Below are positions 14,112 through 27,605 of a stretch of 64,000 bases of DNA, piece by piece. Numbering within the stretch: the stretch's first letter is position 1; every line of letters begins with the position of its first letter. This DNA is from the human T2T-CHM13v2.0 reference genome, Homo sapiens. The stretch is taken from assembly GCF_009914755.1 (NCBI RefSeq), contig NC_060925.1. One strand, given 5' to 3'. The position numbers were made by a program, and so were the translations under genes. The notes under the pieces were generated by a model that saw only the letters and a program-made list of their open reading frames with translations, did no database searches and was not told where the DNA came from.

Positions 14112-15527
14112 GGATTGCTGGGTCAAATAGTATTTCTGGTTCTAGATCCTTGAGGAATCACCACACTTGTCTTCCACAGTGGTTGAACTTATACTCCCAC
14201 CAACAGTGTAAAAGCATTCCTATTTCTCCATGTCCTCTCCAGCATCTGTTGTTTCCTGACTTTTTAATGATAGCCATTCTAACTGGTGTGAGATGGTATG
14301 TCATTGTGGTTTTTATTTGCATTTCTCTAATGACCAGAGATGAGCTTTTTTTCATGTTTGTTGGCTGCATAAATTTCTTCTTTTGAGAAGTGTCTGTTCA
14401 TATCCTTTACCCACTTTTTGATGGGGTTGTTTTTTTCTTGTAAATTTGTTTAAGTTCTTTGTAGATTCTGGATGTTAGCCCTTTGTCAGATGGATAGATT
14501 GCAAAAATTTTCTCCCATTCTGTAGGTTGCCTCTTCGCTCTGATGATAGTTTCTTTTGCTATGCAGAAGCTCTTTAGTTTAATTAGATCCCATTTGTCAA
14601 TTTTGGCTTTTGTTGCCATTGCTTTTGGTGTTTTAGACATCAAGTCTTTGCCCATGCCTATGTCCTGAATGGTATTGCCTAGCTTTTCTTGTAGGGTTTT
14701 TATGGTTTTAGGTCTTATGTTTAAGTCTTTAATCCATCTTGAGTTAATTTTTGTATAAAGGTGTAAGGAAGTGGTCCAGTTTCAGTTTTTTGCATATGGC
14801 TAGCCAGTTTTCCCAACACCATTTATTAAATAGGGAATCCTTTCCCCATTGCTTGTTTTTCTCAGGTTTGTGAAAGATCAGATGGTTGTAGATGTGTGGC
14901 GTTATTTCTGAGGCCTCTGTTCTGTTCCATTGGTCTATATATCTGTTTTGGTACCAGTATCATGCTGTTTTGGTTACTGTAGCCTTGTAATATAGTCTGA
15001 AGTCAGGTAGTATGATGAAAAGATTATAAATCATTCTACTATAAAGACACACGCACACGTATGTTTATTGCAGCACTGTTCACAATAGCAAAGACTTGGA
15101 ACCAACCCAAATGCCCATCAGTGATAGACTGGATAAAGGAAATGTGGCACATATACACCATGGAATACTATGCAGTCATAAAAAAGGATGAGTTCATGTC
15201 CTTTGCAAGGACATGGATGAAACTGGAAACCATTATTCTCAGCAAACTAACACGAGAACAGAAAACCAAACACCACATGTTCTTATTCATAAGTGGGAGC
15301 TGAACAATGAGAACACATGGGCACAGGGAGGGGAACATCACACACCAGGGCCTGTTGGGGGGGTGGGGGGCTAGGGGACAGATAGCATTAGGAGAAATAC
15401 CTAATGTAGATGATGGGTTGATGGGTGCAGCAAACCACCATGGCATGTGTATACCTATGTAACAAACCTGCACATTGAGCACATGTATACCAGAACTTAA
15501 AGTATAATTTAAAAAATTTAAAAAAAA
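14112..15527 (+). mobile_element. 5'-truncated L1PA (about L1PA7) with 5' inversion: 14112-15017 antisense, 15018-15527 sense with poly-A
   Basis: ORF2 C-terminal peptides on both strands ([23 protein letters not shown] on minus; MFIAALFTIAKTWNQPKCPS on plus), L1PA 3'UTR, and TSD GTCATATG at 14104-14111 and 15528-15535. Confidence 0.93.
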
Positions 15528-16194
15528 GTCATATGACGCATTTAAGAAAGTCACTTAATTTACATCAGAGGAAAATCAAAGTTTATAGACTTAGGAAATA
15601 AAGTCGTAATGAAAAAGCTCTTCACGGCTGTCAGGACAGCTACATTTTTGGTCTCTGTCCTTGATTCCATTGTGACCTTCAGCCCATCTCTCTGGGCCCC
15701 ATTTTCTTGTCTTTACCTCTTGGGTCATAAATGGATCTCCGTGCAGCTGTCATCCCTCTGCCTAAATCCTCCTCAAAAGAAAATCAAAATAGTGGCTAAC
15801 ACAGAGTACAGACTGTTCCAAGAGCTTCCTATGATGGAACTAATCTAATCTTTATAACAGTGCTCTGAGGTAGATGCTAAAATCTACCAGATACTATGGA
15901 TGAGATGATGAAGTCATATGCTTAAGATCCCTGAGTAAATAAATAAGAAAGAGACAGAATTCCAACAGCGGCCGTGTGGCTGCAGAGCCTCTCTCCCTCC
16001 CTGCCTCACCCTCGAGTCCACGCCTGGGAGGGCTCAGGGTCACTCACTAAGCATCTTTCCCATGCGCTGCTGTGAGGCTGCTGCTATTAAGTTGCTACTA
16101 TGGAGTAGTCATTAGTAGAAATTGCGAAAAAATTTGAAAAAAAATCTTCATATAGCCAGAGATTCTAGCCTGAGATGTCTTTCCTTATTTGCTT

Positions 16195-16323
16195 ATTATT
16201 ATTTGTAAAAACAGGGTCTCCCTATGTTGCCCAGGCTGGCCTCAAACTCCTGGGCTCAAGTTATCCTCCTGCCTCGGCCTCCCAAAATGCTGGGATTGCA
16301 GGCATGAGTCACCGCACCTGGCC
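16195..16323 (-). mobile_element. Alu monomer (FLAM/AluJ left arm)
   Basis: Reverse left-arm sequence only. Confidence 0.85.
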
Positions 16324-17761
16324 ACCTTTCCACATTTAAGAGATCCCTGGGATACTGCGAAGCAGGAGTCCATCTCCAGACATGAGGAGCAGGTGGGCTA
16401 AAGGAAACAGGACTGGGGAGTCTTGGAGGGGCAGAGCAATGCCCAGGGACACAGAAACTTTTGAATAAAGACAAGAGAGACCGACTCTTCGCCTACATCT
16501 AAAGCAAATGAAAACATAAAAATAAATGATGGCAAGAAACTAAACTAAAAATACACTACCCCTGAAAGTATGTGACACTGGATGTACTATCTAATTGGTC
16601 TGCCACAGGTAGAGAATGAAGTACTTCAGATAAGTTAATTTATCAAATAACTAAAATTAGATATATAAACTTTACGATTCTGAAAACTTTTTTCCTACAG
16701 ATGTGTGTACTTTAGGAAACACAGCATATTTAACATTTTTATAAATTTCAGTTGCACACCGTGCAGCTTTCAGGAAGCTTTCACACCGTGCACTGCCCTG
16801 CATGCACCTCCCAAGCCTCGGGCTGTTCATGCCTGGCTGTCAGAAGTCACCTCCTGGCTGCCAGAGGGGCAAGGGGGCAGGCTGTTCTTCTCAGTGCTAT
16901 AAGCAAGCCCAGGACTCCAAGGGAATGATAACAAATGTGTAAAAACCACAGTCACATTAACCTATAGACTCAGGACCCAGTTCTACTTCCTCCAGACAGC
17001 TTTTGGGTACTGGTCTCCCTCTCTGTGTTTACAGCCGTCCTGGGTTTGCTGGGCACCTCCGAGTTCATGGAAGTGCAGCTCCTCACTGCAGTTGGGACAC
17101 ACTTACTCCACTTTGACAAAGGGGGTGTTATTTTCAGCAGTGGGTGAACAGCAGTGAACAAACCAAGCCCCTGCTCCTGGGGCTCAACTGGGATGGGGAC
17201 GCAGACAACTTAAACACGTGACCACTGGCGTACCTAAGGGCCAGGGAATGCTGCTGACATGATGGGGGTGGCGAGGCCAAGGTCCCAGCCAGGTAGGCTT
17301 GAGTTGGTATTGCTACAACCTTGTGATCACTGGCAAACAAGATTTCATGGTGGGAATGTGACTAGAACTGGATTTCAAAGTTTCTTGAAAGCACTAGTTA
17401 GAAAAGACAAGGTACACTGATCTGCACACAGGAGGTGCTCAGCGACGCCAGCACTGATGGGCTCCTCCTGCCTTGAGTGAAGAGCATCTGCCCCTGGACA
17501 GTGAACAAAAGGTGGGGCCATTTTATGCCTCCAACAAGACATCTGGCTCAAACTCAACTTCAAAGATTAGAGTAAAAACGAAACTTCCATTCCAAACTAC
17601 TTATCTTTATTTTGGCAACTGGAACAATCTGTAATTGAACACTAAATTCTATTACTAACTTTTATCCTAAGACTGTGTAGTAATTATTGATTAGTCTCAG
17701 TTTAAAATTGCTGTTTAGATGGAAAAAATGATTTTACATAAAACATTAGTTGAAAGATACA

Positions 17762-18060
17762 AGCTGGGCATGGTGGCTCACACCTGTAATCCCAACATTT
17801 TGGGAGGCCGAGGCAGGTGGATCACTTGAGGTCAGGAGTTCAAGACCAGCCTGGCCAAAATGGCGAAACCCCATCTCTACTAAAAATACAAAAAAGAATT
17901 AGCCAGGCATCGTGGTGCATGCCTGCAATTCCAGCTACTCAGGAGGCTGAGGTAGGAGAATCACTGGAACCCAGGAAGCAGAGGGTGCAGTGAGCAGAGA
18001 TCGTGCCACTGCACTCCACCCTGGGCAACAGAGTGAGACTCCATCTAAAAAAAAAAAAAA
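17762..18060 (+). mobile_element. Alu (AluSx-like)
   Basis: Full dimer with poly-A; TSD AAGATACA. Confidence 0.95.
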
Positions 18061-20411
18061 GATACACATTAAGTTTTTCACACAAATTCTTAAGGGCAGA
18101 TATTACTAAATGCCATTAGAAAAAAGGAAACCTTTTATCAAGCATTTTAAAAAAATGCTTCTACATTTCTTATTTATAGGTATTCTAATAATACTGCATG
18201 ACATTACGGACAACTTAGCCTAAATTATGGAAAATCAAATTACTTAGTAGAACTGCAAGACAATCCTCTCAGTTGTTGTAGTAAGTGTTGCTATAAACAT
18301 TTAAAACAGCAAAAAAATACCAAATACCTGCACAGTATGTATGATAAATGCATATGATAAAGTAAAAAAAAAAAAAGCACACACTGAAAGAAAGCCAACA
18401 GAAGAGGGCACTGGGCATGGGCCAGGGAGGGCAAGAATTGGGATGGGGACATGGAGGAGCCCAATCCAAGGCAAGACACAGGTTCAGGCTTTACCACAGT
18501 CACAAAGGCTGCTTCTTGTTTTTGTTTTTAGCAGAAGGTAAGCATGAGCAAATCACTTTTTAGAGGTAACTTTGCTGGACTTGTGAAGAATGGTGTGCAA
18601 GGTCCAGAGCGACTGCAGGAGAGGGAAGGTGGGATTCCCACAGAGCAGGAGCACAGATGAGCCAAGCAAGGCCCTGCTTAGAAGGCAGCAATCAACAGAG
18701 ATGCACAGACCTGTGAGGGTGCCGGGACAGCCATGCAACAATGCAGCCCTTTTGCTTCCTAAACTCACCAGTTCCCTCGCTCCACCTCTGAGAGGTGGTT
18801 TGGAGAAACACAGCCCTTCTCAAGAGGGTTGCAAGGTAAGTTTAGTTGGTACATGAGTGCACAGCACATTTTAATTTTTATAGTTATGCATTTATTTTAT
18901 ATGTACTAGACAAACGACCGACAGAAAATTTACCATTTCACAGGTATTAGTGTTTAGGATGAGGCTAAAGTAGGTATTTCTGTTTAAAAAAGTAAATTTG
19001 AAGAAAAGCTACCCAGCAAATTATAGTAGTATGTGGTACACAGACAAAAAACAAATTATGCAGTCGTCCAAATGACTGAAACTGATAAAATGCTGGTCCT
19101 GGTCTATGGATTCCCCCTCTGACAAAGCACAGAGTACTCGCACCTTCTCCAGAGTCAGTGACCAAAGATGAGAGAGCAGGGCACCCAGCACAGAAACCAC
19201 CAGGAGCCAATGACTTCCTCCTGTGCTCCATCCTACTCTCTCACTCACACCAGGAATTAAATCCTTTTATGTAGACAGATGGTCAAGAATTGCTACTATA
19301 AAGCAACTCAGTATGGTCTGAACTATCAGAGAGCTACATGGAGAAATAGTTACTGCTAAACAGACCTCTCTGCTGATGTTTTTCCCAGCTACTTAAGTCC
19401 TGAAAATTTCCACAAGGCTGAGTCAAATCTGCGTTTCATCATCTATAAGAAAGGTACCTATCGAGAACACCCTGCTGGCCAGTGTGTAAATATCTAAAGG
19501 AGGACTCAGAAAACACCGGGGAAGTCCAGCCTGCATGTGGTGGCTGGGCTTCAGTGAAGCATGGAGCACAACAGGAGTTGTAAGTAGTAGTTACATCAGC
19601 AGCCCTGGAAATTCTGCTCAGAACCAAACTGAACAAATAACATTATCTAAAGCTTACAATTATTTAACTCCCTAAATTTTCTGTCCTCCCAGTAGCACTT
19701 TCAAATGCCTAAAAGCAATTAAAAGAAACATTTTTCCAATGTCTCACAGAACCATTAGAAACACAAAATTAATAGCTTCATAAACTATAGCTTCTATTTT
19801 ATCCATAATAGAATGAAGGTGCATAAACCACATAGTAATTAATCTTTGGACAAAAGCAAACAATTAATGGAATATATGGCTAAGATCCTTTCTTTTTTAG
19901 TGTGGCCCAAGATAAAAATTTCTTCCAAAAGGATATCATTAATGCAATAAGGCTTTTGTGGAATTCTATTTTGTATGAAATTCCTGTTTTCTATTAGCTA
20001 CTTCTTCCTCTGTGACACAAGCCTCATTCCCTGTGAAAAACACGAAGCAGAAAACATTCGTGAAATCATCAGGTAAAGATCCCACGACCGTTCTATCACT
20101 GACACAGTATGTAGGTACATGGTACAACCCCCAAGGGACCACCTTGTGGCATCCTCAGCAACCACAGAGCCACAGGGCAAATGAGTGTTTGCTCCCACTG
20201 AGGCTCTGCAACCTCTGCCACCAATACTGGAGAAATCCTCCAACCTCACTGTTTTCTCCTGAACTTGTTCCCTTCTGTTTTTCGATTAATTCACAGCAAA
20301 CAGGCACACCTTCAAGCTGCCAAAAGCATCTTAAACGTTGTACACTTACAATCTTCAAAATATAGTTGTTCAAAAGAGTCATCAAAGTAGTTTTTGAAAT
20401 AGAACACTTAC

Positions 20412-20504
20412 TTTGACCACATAATTGAACCTTCGGATATCTTGAATTGCACTTGAGAAGTCTAACCGATTAAAGGCTTCTCCCAAGGTGCAATAGCCAT
20501 GCCT
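20412..20504 (-). pseudogene. FBXO25: FBXO25-derived exon (93 nt)
   Basis: ttccag|AGGCATGGCTATTGC...GTGGTCAAA|gtaagt = [31 protein letters not shown]. Confidence 0.93.
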
Positions 20505-22809
20505 CTGGAAGAGCAACACAGAAGTTAAAATTAGTCAATTAGCCAAAAAGAATTGGCAGTTAATGTCAATTAATTGTGCGATTAAAAAAATTTTTGGCAA
20601 AGGACAATTTGTTTTTATTTTGAAGACTGACTTTAGATTTAGATGAGAGTATAGTAAAATTGTAGCAATGCTAATAATTTAAGCTGTTTATGTATACCTG
20701 AGACACCGTTAACTGACATTTTTTACAACCTGCTGAAGTAATGACAAAGACAAATATTTATTAAATATCTTGCTGGTTTGTTTTGTTGGGGACAAACTGG
20801 GGTGTGGACGACGTTAAAGCTAAGATCATAAAAGAACTGGATTCATTCTAGGCTACGCAACTAAAAATACATAAATCATCTGCTTAACTGCATTGTAAGG
20901 ATGTAGGTGTTATAAATATCTAGTTGAAACACAGGATTTCTCTGCAGGGGAGGCATGCACTGCCCGAGTTTGAAGTATAACATGGGATTTCTCTCCAGAG
21001 CAGCCATGCACTGCCCAGGCTGGAAGTATGCTCAACCACAAGGATCAGGGCTGGGAGAGGCGCTTCGGTAGCAAGAAGGTGCCTCTGAAAACCAGCATTG
21101 GGATGGAGAGGGCTGAAGGCAAGTGCTGGATGTGACCATGGGCAGCTTTCAGGCTGGGAGCACGGATGCCAAGAACCCAAAACACCAAAAAAACTGGTGC
21201 TTAGAACCACAGGTCCAAGAACTGAAGGAAGAAAATGAAACAATTTATTTTCAGTACTGTAAACACTGCTGCTATTCTCTTAGATGTTTTTCTTCCATGA
21301 TATACCCTGTATTGGTTTGTATAGATTAGCACATTAGGTTTCAGAAGTCATTTTAAACTCCATCTTCATCCTCCATATTTGAAATATTTAAAATCTACAG
21401 ATTTTCAGGTCAAAGTTGTAGAGATAAGTAAGCTAGAAAACAATAATAGAAAACATGAGATGATTGGTCTCAAATTCCAAACAGGTGACTTGAGATGTCC
21501 TAGAGAAAGCAGCTGGAGTCATAGCACCTTTGTCTCTAACAGCCGATACACTCAGAGGCTCATGTGCTTCTGTGCGTCACCCCCAATCGCCCTGACAGGT
21601 GCACAACTCAACAAAATATACTCATTTAAAACATCCAAATATGTTGACTGAGTGCCTGCTATATGGAAAACATTTTCCTGGGAACTCTGGGGAAAGGAAA
21701 CACTCATTTTGATATAGATTATAATCTGAAATCCATCACAGCTGATATTCCACACGATGGTGTAGCAGACACTTTCCAAGGTCACCACCCATCTCACAAA
21801 AGGAAATTAAATCTGATTCACAGAGCAGACCACAAAGAGCATGTCTGGACCTAGAACCACAGCATGTAACCTCGGAAGCAGTGAGACACCAGCCAGCATG
21901 GACAAGCAGCAGGCACTTGATCTATACCAGGTGAGGGTGTGGAGACATGACGTGGTGCAGGGACACCAGCACCCAGTCCTAGTTCTGGTCCCTCTCAGCC
22001 TTGTTAGGTCCTGGTTCCTAGGATTCCAGGGAACATCCCCACAGCCTCACAATAAGATCCTCCTTTCCTGTATATGCTAGCTTGGATGGGATCCTCTGTT
22101 CTGTAATCAGTATGGCAACAGAGCAGATGAAATATTTAATGGTCTTTCATGAGCACTAAATTTTGTTTTTCACAAACTAGGTTAGATTCTGTCAAATAAT
22201 CGTCTAATGGTGTATTCGAGTGTATATTAAGGATCTGATTCATTCTATACCCACTAACCATAACCAAACAGATTAAGTTTTCTTTCTCAGAATCTAATCC
22301 TTCAGTTTCTTGGAAGCTGGACTAGTTTCAGAGCATCTACAAACATTTCTGGAATATTTAACTTACCCTGAAATAACATATGATAGACAGTAATTCCCTA
22401 AATTATTTTCCCCAATTGTTGCAAAATAAAGCAAATGCAGAGTTTCTAGGACTATAAAAGGAACTCAACTTCCCGGATCCTAGTAAAGAAACAGGAAGCA
22501 GCTTGAAGCTCTCTGGTTTGTTTTATGGCTCATGAAAAAGCTTTAGCCCAACTTGGCAAAAGAAAGGCAGGGAAAGAGTTCACATGGCTCTGCACAAACC
22601 CAACCCAATTACTAATTTCATGTTAGCCACTCTTTATGTGGAATTAGAGGGCTCACAGATGCCCTGCCCTCCAAAACACGCCACAGGGAGGACACATTCC
22701 CATCAGCATCAGGGGTTCATGCTAACACAGAGAAAATGCATATGACTGCAGGAGTCCATGCTTGGTTTAAATAGCCCTGCTGTTGACTCAGATATGTACA
22801 GGTAGGCAG

Positions 22810-23000
22810 GAACCACACACTGCACACATATACCACATGCCACCACACACCATACATCCCACACACCAATGTGTGCACAAATACATGCACAACCATACAT
22901 ACACACCATACATACAACACACATACACCATACACACAACACACACCAATGTGTGCACAAATACACAGCCACATACCACATGCACATGCAAGCACACACA
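22810..23000. repeat. CA-rich low-complexity repeat with ~80-bp internal duplication
   Basis: ACACACCAATGTGTGCACAAATACA occurs at 22861 and 22941. Confidence 0.8.
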
Positions 23001-23180
23001 ATGGAGAATCACTGCCTCAAAAGCTCCTCATATGCTATTATCTGTCAGAATGTGAACCATAGATCTGATATTGCAAAAGAAATGTGTTTTATGCAACTTT
23101 ATTAATACATTTATTTAATGTGACTCCATATTCAACAGAAACAATCCAAGATACTCTCTTATTTATAATAGAATACTTAC

Positions 23181-23230
23181 TTCTTTTGTGCTTTCTTTAT
23201 GGACATAGATACATTTTTCATGATAAAAAC
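23181..23230 (-). pseudogene. FBXO25: FBXO25-derived exon (50 nt)
   Basis: ttctag|GTTTTTATCATGAAAAATGT...ACAAAAGAA|gtaagt, reading FYHEKCIYVHKESTKE versus parental FYREKWIYVHKESTKE as I recall it. Confidence 0.9.
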
Positions 23231-23667
23231 CTAGAATAAAAATTACCTTTGTTTTTAAAATCTGGCAAATCATTTCAAAATGAAGATTTTAAAGGAATTT
23301 AAATAATTGGACATGTTAACAAAATTATCTGACTTACTATATTGACAAGAAATGCTTTTACTTGGTTGAATGCAAACAGAATTGCTTTGTTTCTTAAATC
23401 AGTTTAAGATATGAACAATGATTTCAGACAGTACCAAGTCCTAGTAACTTAGAAGAAAAGTAGTATTATTAATGACTGAAGCCATGTGAAGACATAAATG
23501 ATTATAAAATACAATTACATTACTACATTCCTATGTACCCTAATAAAAAGTTCTATTCTTCTGTTGCTGTGTATAGTACTCCATAGAAACAAATTTTTCA
23601 GATAAATCTTAAAAGTTTCAAGAATCACACTAACTGTATTCTCCATGTGACCCTATCTTCTTCATAA

Positions 23668-24196
23668 AGTAGTCCCCCCGTATTCACAGTTTCATCTTCT
23701 ACAGTTTCAATTACCCACAGTCAGCTTTGGTTTGAAAACATTAAGTGGAAAATTCCAGAAATAAACCATTCATAAGTTTTAAATTGTGTGCCATTCTGGG
23801 TGGTGTCATGAAATCTCACACCGTCCTGCTCTGTCCTGCCTGGGATGCAAATCCTCCCTTTGTCAAGCGAGTCCTACACTACCCGCCCCTTGGTCACTCA
23901 GTAGCCGTCCTGGTTATCGGATCACCTGTTGAGATATCACAGTGCTTGTGTTTAAAGAACCCTTATTGTACTTCATAATAGCCCCAAAGTGCAAGAGCAG
24001 TGATGGTGGCCATCTTGCTATAACTGTTTCATTTTATTATTATTCTCGTTAATCTCTTACTGCACCTAATTTATAAATTAAACTTTATTATAAGTGTGTA
24101 TATACAGAAAAAAAAACATAGTATCCATAAGGTTTGGTAGTATCCACAGTTTCAGGCATCCACTGGAGGTCTATCCCGAGGTAAGGGAGCCTACTA
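23668..24196. mobile_element. MER44 (Tigger7-derived) DNA transposon
   Basis: Degenerate TIRs AGTAGTCCCCCC.TAT...AAGGGAGCCTACT and internal GGAAAATTCCAGAAATAAAC motif. Confidence 0.8.
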
Positions 24197-24665
24197 TACA
24201 TTAACATGTGTCTTGGTAACTCACAGATATGCTGCATGATAGAACTCTGTGCCCTCTCACAGATAGGTCCCACCTCTAGCCTTCCCCTGCTGCCATCTGA
24301 CATCCTAAACTCCAGCTCTGAATGTCTGTCTCCTGCTCTGAATCTTCAGTGACTTCGAAACTCAAGTCAGGACACCTCTCAGTTTGGCCTCACTGCTCAA
24401 GATTGAGCTGAATTCATGACCATAATTCAAGCATTCAGATTCATGGGCTGTTTTGTGGGTTTTGCTATCTCTTATTTTGTTTTTGCACATCTTACCCACT
24501 GAAACGTTGGGCTGCAAAAATTTGATCACTATGTAGGCAATGCTGGATACTGGGCTGTTATTTACACATTTGTATCACCTTTTATTTCATAGATAGCATT
24601 GTCAGAGTAATTTAGTATTTCAACATAATCAACAAGTAAAATAAAATTAATGAGAATGATCTTAC

Positions 24666-24768
24666 TTTGAGTATTTGTGTCATTTCTAAAATGGTCCTTT
24701 TTCTTTTTTTGGATGCATATTCATGCTCTTCATTATTGAATATTTCTCCTTCTTCGCTATTTAAGATA
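24666..24768 (-). pseudogene. FBXO25: FBXO25-derived exon (103 nt, frameshifted)
   Basis: tttcag|TATCTTAAATAGCGAAGAAGG...AATACTCAAA|gtaag. AAAAAAAGAAAAAGGACCAT lacks one base relative to the KKRKKDH frame. Confidence 0.9.
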
Positions 24769-26729
24769 CTGAAATAAAGACATATTCTATTAAAATATTT
24801 TTTCAGGGAGATCTTCATTTGGCTTTTCTTTTGTAAAAGGATACAAATACTTCAAAGTGACAGACTGTGGGCTTGAAATCACAGGGGTAATGTCTAATAC
24901 ATTTTTGTTTCATTTTGAGAAATAAGATGTATCCTGGTTCTTTGAGAATATTGTACCAGAAAGTGCTGAACATGTTTTAGAATCTCTGAAGGGTCTTGAT
25001 ATGCTTATCCAAGGTAGTTTCAAACATCAAAATGGCTTATTAAAACAGAGATTTTTTAAAAAACAACTATTAAAACTCCAGAAAAAAGATGGTAAGAACA
25101 TGATGATACCCAATACTGACCAATTACTTGATGTATCCCTTACCCCATGCTGAGTAACCACTCAACATTTCTGTTTACTCCCTATATGTTTAAGGGTTTA
25201 ACTGAAGTTAATTATTACTGCACTGAACATGTTTTTATTAAGCACCAACCACATACACTGTTAACACATTTAACTGGAACCAGGTGAAGTGACATGTATA
25301 TTTTTACTATTTAAATACATTTAATTAAAAGCTGTTCTTTGTGAAACAAGAAAATCAAATCATAAGGCAATAACTAAACAATGGGAACACCTTTTACTTT
25401 TTTAAAAAAGTCTTCCTTACAGAAAAAAAAACAAACCTGTAAATAGTAATCCACATCCTCAAAACTAAAGATGTGTAAAATTTTTATTTTCCACACACTG
25501 ATAACAGATTTTCAGTGTAAAGTGAGGAAGGAAGCTCTGTGGAGACAAGCTGGTTGGTGGAGGCATGCAAGAGTGGTGCTCAAATCAAAGGAACTAAAAT
25601 TGCTTATTTGCCAGTCATCGTTCTTTGACAAGAAAATTGTATACAAGCCCCTTTCCACTCACCAGTATTCACTTTTAGTAAAAAACAGCTGACTTTGCCA
25701 AATGAGTCACTTTCTCACTGTCAGAACAGACTTAAACAGCAGTGCCAACAGTTGTAAATCATCAAGACAAGCAAAGCACATTTGAAAAACATACAAACAA
25801 CTGAACTTTTTGTGGCAGACATTATAACAGCAATTTATGGAAATGTGTTGATGTTTGTATTTTATATTTAGTCTTACACCAGTTTGTTATCATTGATTGA
25901 GATACTGAATGTAGAAGCTTTAGAATCTAAAAGGGCTTTTCTAACGAAAATTACAAACATATCAAAGGAAAAGCACAAATACAATGTTCTCCAGAAATAG
26001 TGTCGCAGAAATAAAGACAGAATATGGAAAGAGACAGGACTGCTGACTAATCTCATACGTACAGGGAGAAGGACACTCCATGCAGCTTAGCTCCAACATG
26101 TGAGCGTGGGACAGAAAAGCAAGGTGAACCTAAAGACATCCCATGGACACACTGAGCTGGAACCAACTCTGCCCATAGGTGGTGGGGCCAGGTTCAGATG
26201 CTTGCAGTAACCGCATCCTCCTGTGAATCTGGGCCTACATGGCTGTGGCTCCCTGGGGGCTACCCACACTGTGGATTCCACAGGTGGAGGTGACCTTCTT
26301 GGGCACTGCTGGGACACTTCCTGGGTCTGCCTGGGCAGTGGTAGGGCTCAGAGAACTTCAGCGTTAGGGCCTTGGGGAGTCTATGTCAGACTTGAGGACC
26401 AAGCCTGGGCTCACAAATGACAACTAGGCTACTATTTTTACAAAGTATTTTAAATGGGGAAAAAGCCATTATTTTTTGGTTGTGGGTTTTACACTGTCAG
26501 GTAAATAAAAATGTACAAGTAGAGAAGAAAGATGAATGCTTCTGAAATTTAAATTCGACACATTAAAATGTTAATAAAGGAGTATTTAATTTATAAATCT
26601 TTCTATTCTGCATGTATCAACTACATTTCATAGCAATCAACTACATGTCATAGCAAACATGTTCTCTTTTTATAACCTTCAAGACAAACATCACCTACTC
26701 TGACTTAAAAACAAGGGAACCTGCCCAAC

Positions 26730-27605
26730 AACTTGATTAAAAAATGTCGAACAACTTCAACAGACACTTCTCCAAAGAAGAGGCACAGCAGCCAACAAGC
26801 CCATGAAAAGATGCTCCACATCACGAATTGTTAGGTAAATGCAAATTAACACTACAATGAGATACTACCTCACGCTCATTATGAGGCTACTGGCAAATTA
26901 AAAAAAAAAAAAAAGAAAGTTTAACAAGTGTTGACATGGATGTGGGGAAACTGGATCCTTCGTGCAATGTTGGTGGAAATGGAGGATGGTATAGCTACTA
27001 TAGCAAACAGTATGGAGGTTCTTCAAAAAATTAAACACAGAATTACCATATGATCCAGCAATTCCACTTCTGGGTATATATTCAAAAGAACTGAAAGCAG
27101 AAAATGAAAGATACTTGTATACCCACGTTCATAGCAGTATTACTTGCAACAGATAAACATGGAAGCAACCCACATGTCCATCAGTGGATGAATAGATAAG
27201 CAAAATGTGGTGTACACTATACACAATATGGAATATTATTCAGTCTGAAAAAGGAAATGCTGACACATGCTACAATAGGGCTGAAACTTGAGGATGTTAC
27301 GCTGAGATAAGACAGTCACAAAAGGACACATACTGTCTGATTTGACTTATATGAGGTACTCAGAAAAGTCAAATCATACAGACAGAAAATAGAAAGCCAG
27401 TTGCCAAGTCTGGGGGTGCTGGAGAATGAAAAGTTAGCGTTTAATGGGGACATAGTTTCAGTGTGGGAAGATGTAAAAGTTCTAGAGATGTATGGTGGTA
27501 ATGGTTGCACAATAATGTGAATGTACTTAACACCACTGAACTGTACATTTAAAAATGGTTAGGATGGCAATTTTATGTTATGTGTATTTTGCTGCAATTA
27601 AAGAT
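26730..27605 (+). mobile_element. L1MB-type 3' fragment
   Basis: ORF2 end and 3'UTR motifs (CCATATGATCCAGCAATTCCACTTCTGGG; GAATGTACTTAACACCACTGAACTGTAC). Confidence 0.85.

Larger units (their letters stand above)
20412..24768 (-). pseudogene. FBXO25: Unprocessed partial pseudogene copy of FBXO25: three internal coding exons at 24666-24768, 23181-23230 and 20412-20504
   Basis: Exons translate to ILNSEEGEIFNNEEHEYASKKR(frameshift), (S)FYHEKCIYVHKESTKE and [31 protein letters not shown], matching the FBXO25/atrogin-1 family N-terminal region. All have AG acceptors and GTAAG donors. There is a 1-nt deletion in the first exon; I found no start exon or F-box exons. Confidence 0.92.

Noticed and set aside
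20412-24768. Functional FBXO25 gene
   Set aside because: Frameshift, substitutions, no start exon (MPFLGQDWRSPG) or F-box exons found, and no CpG-island promoter in the window.
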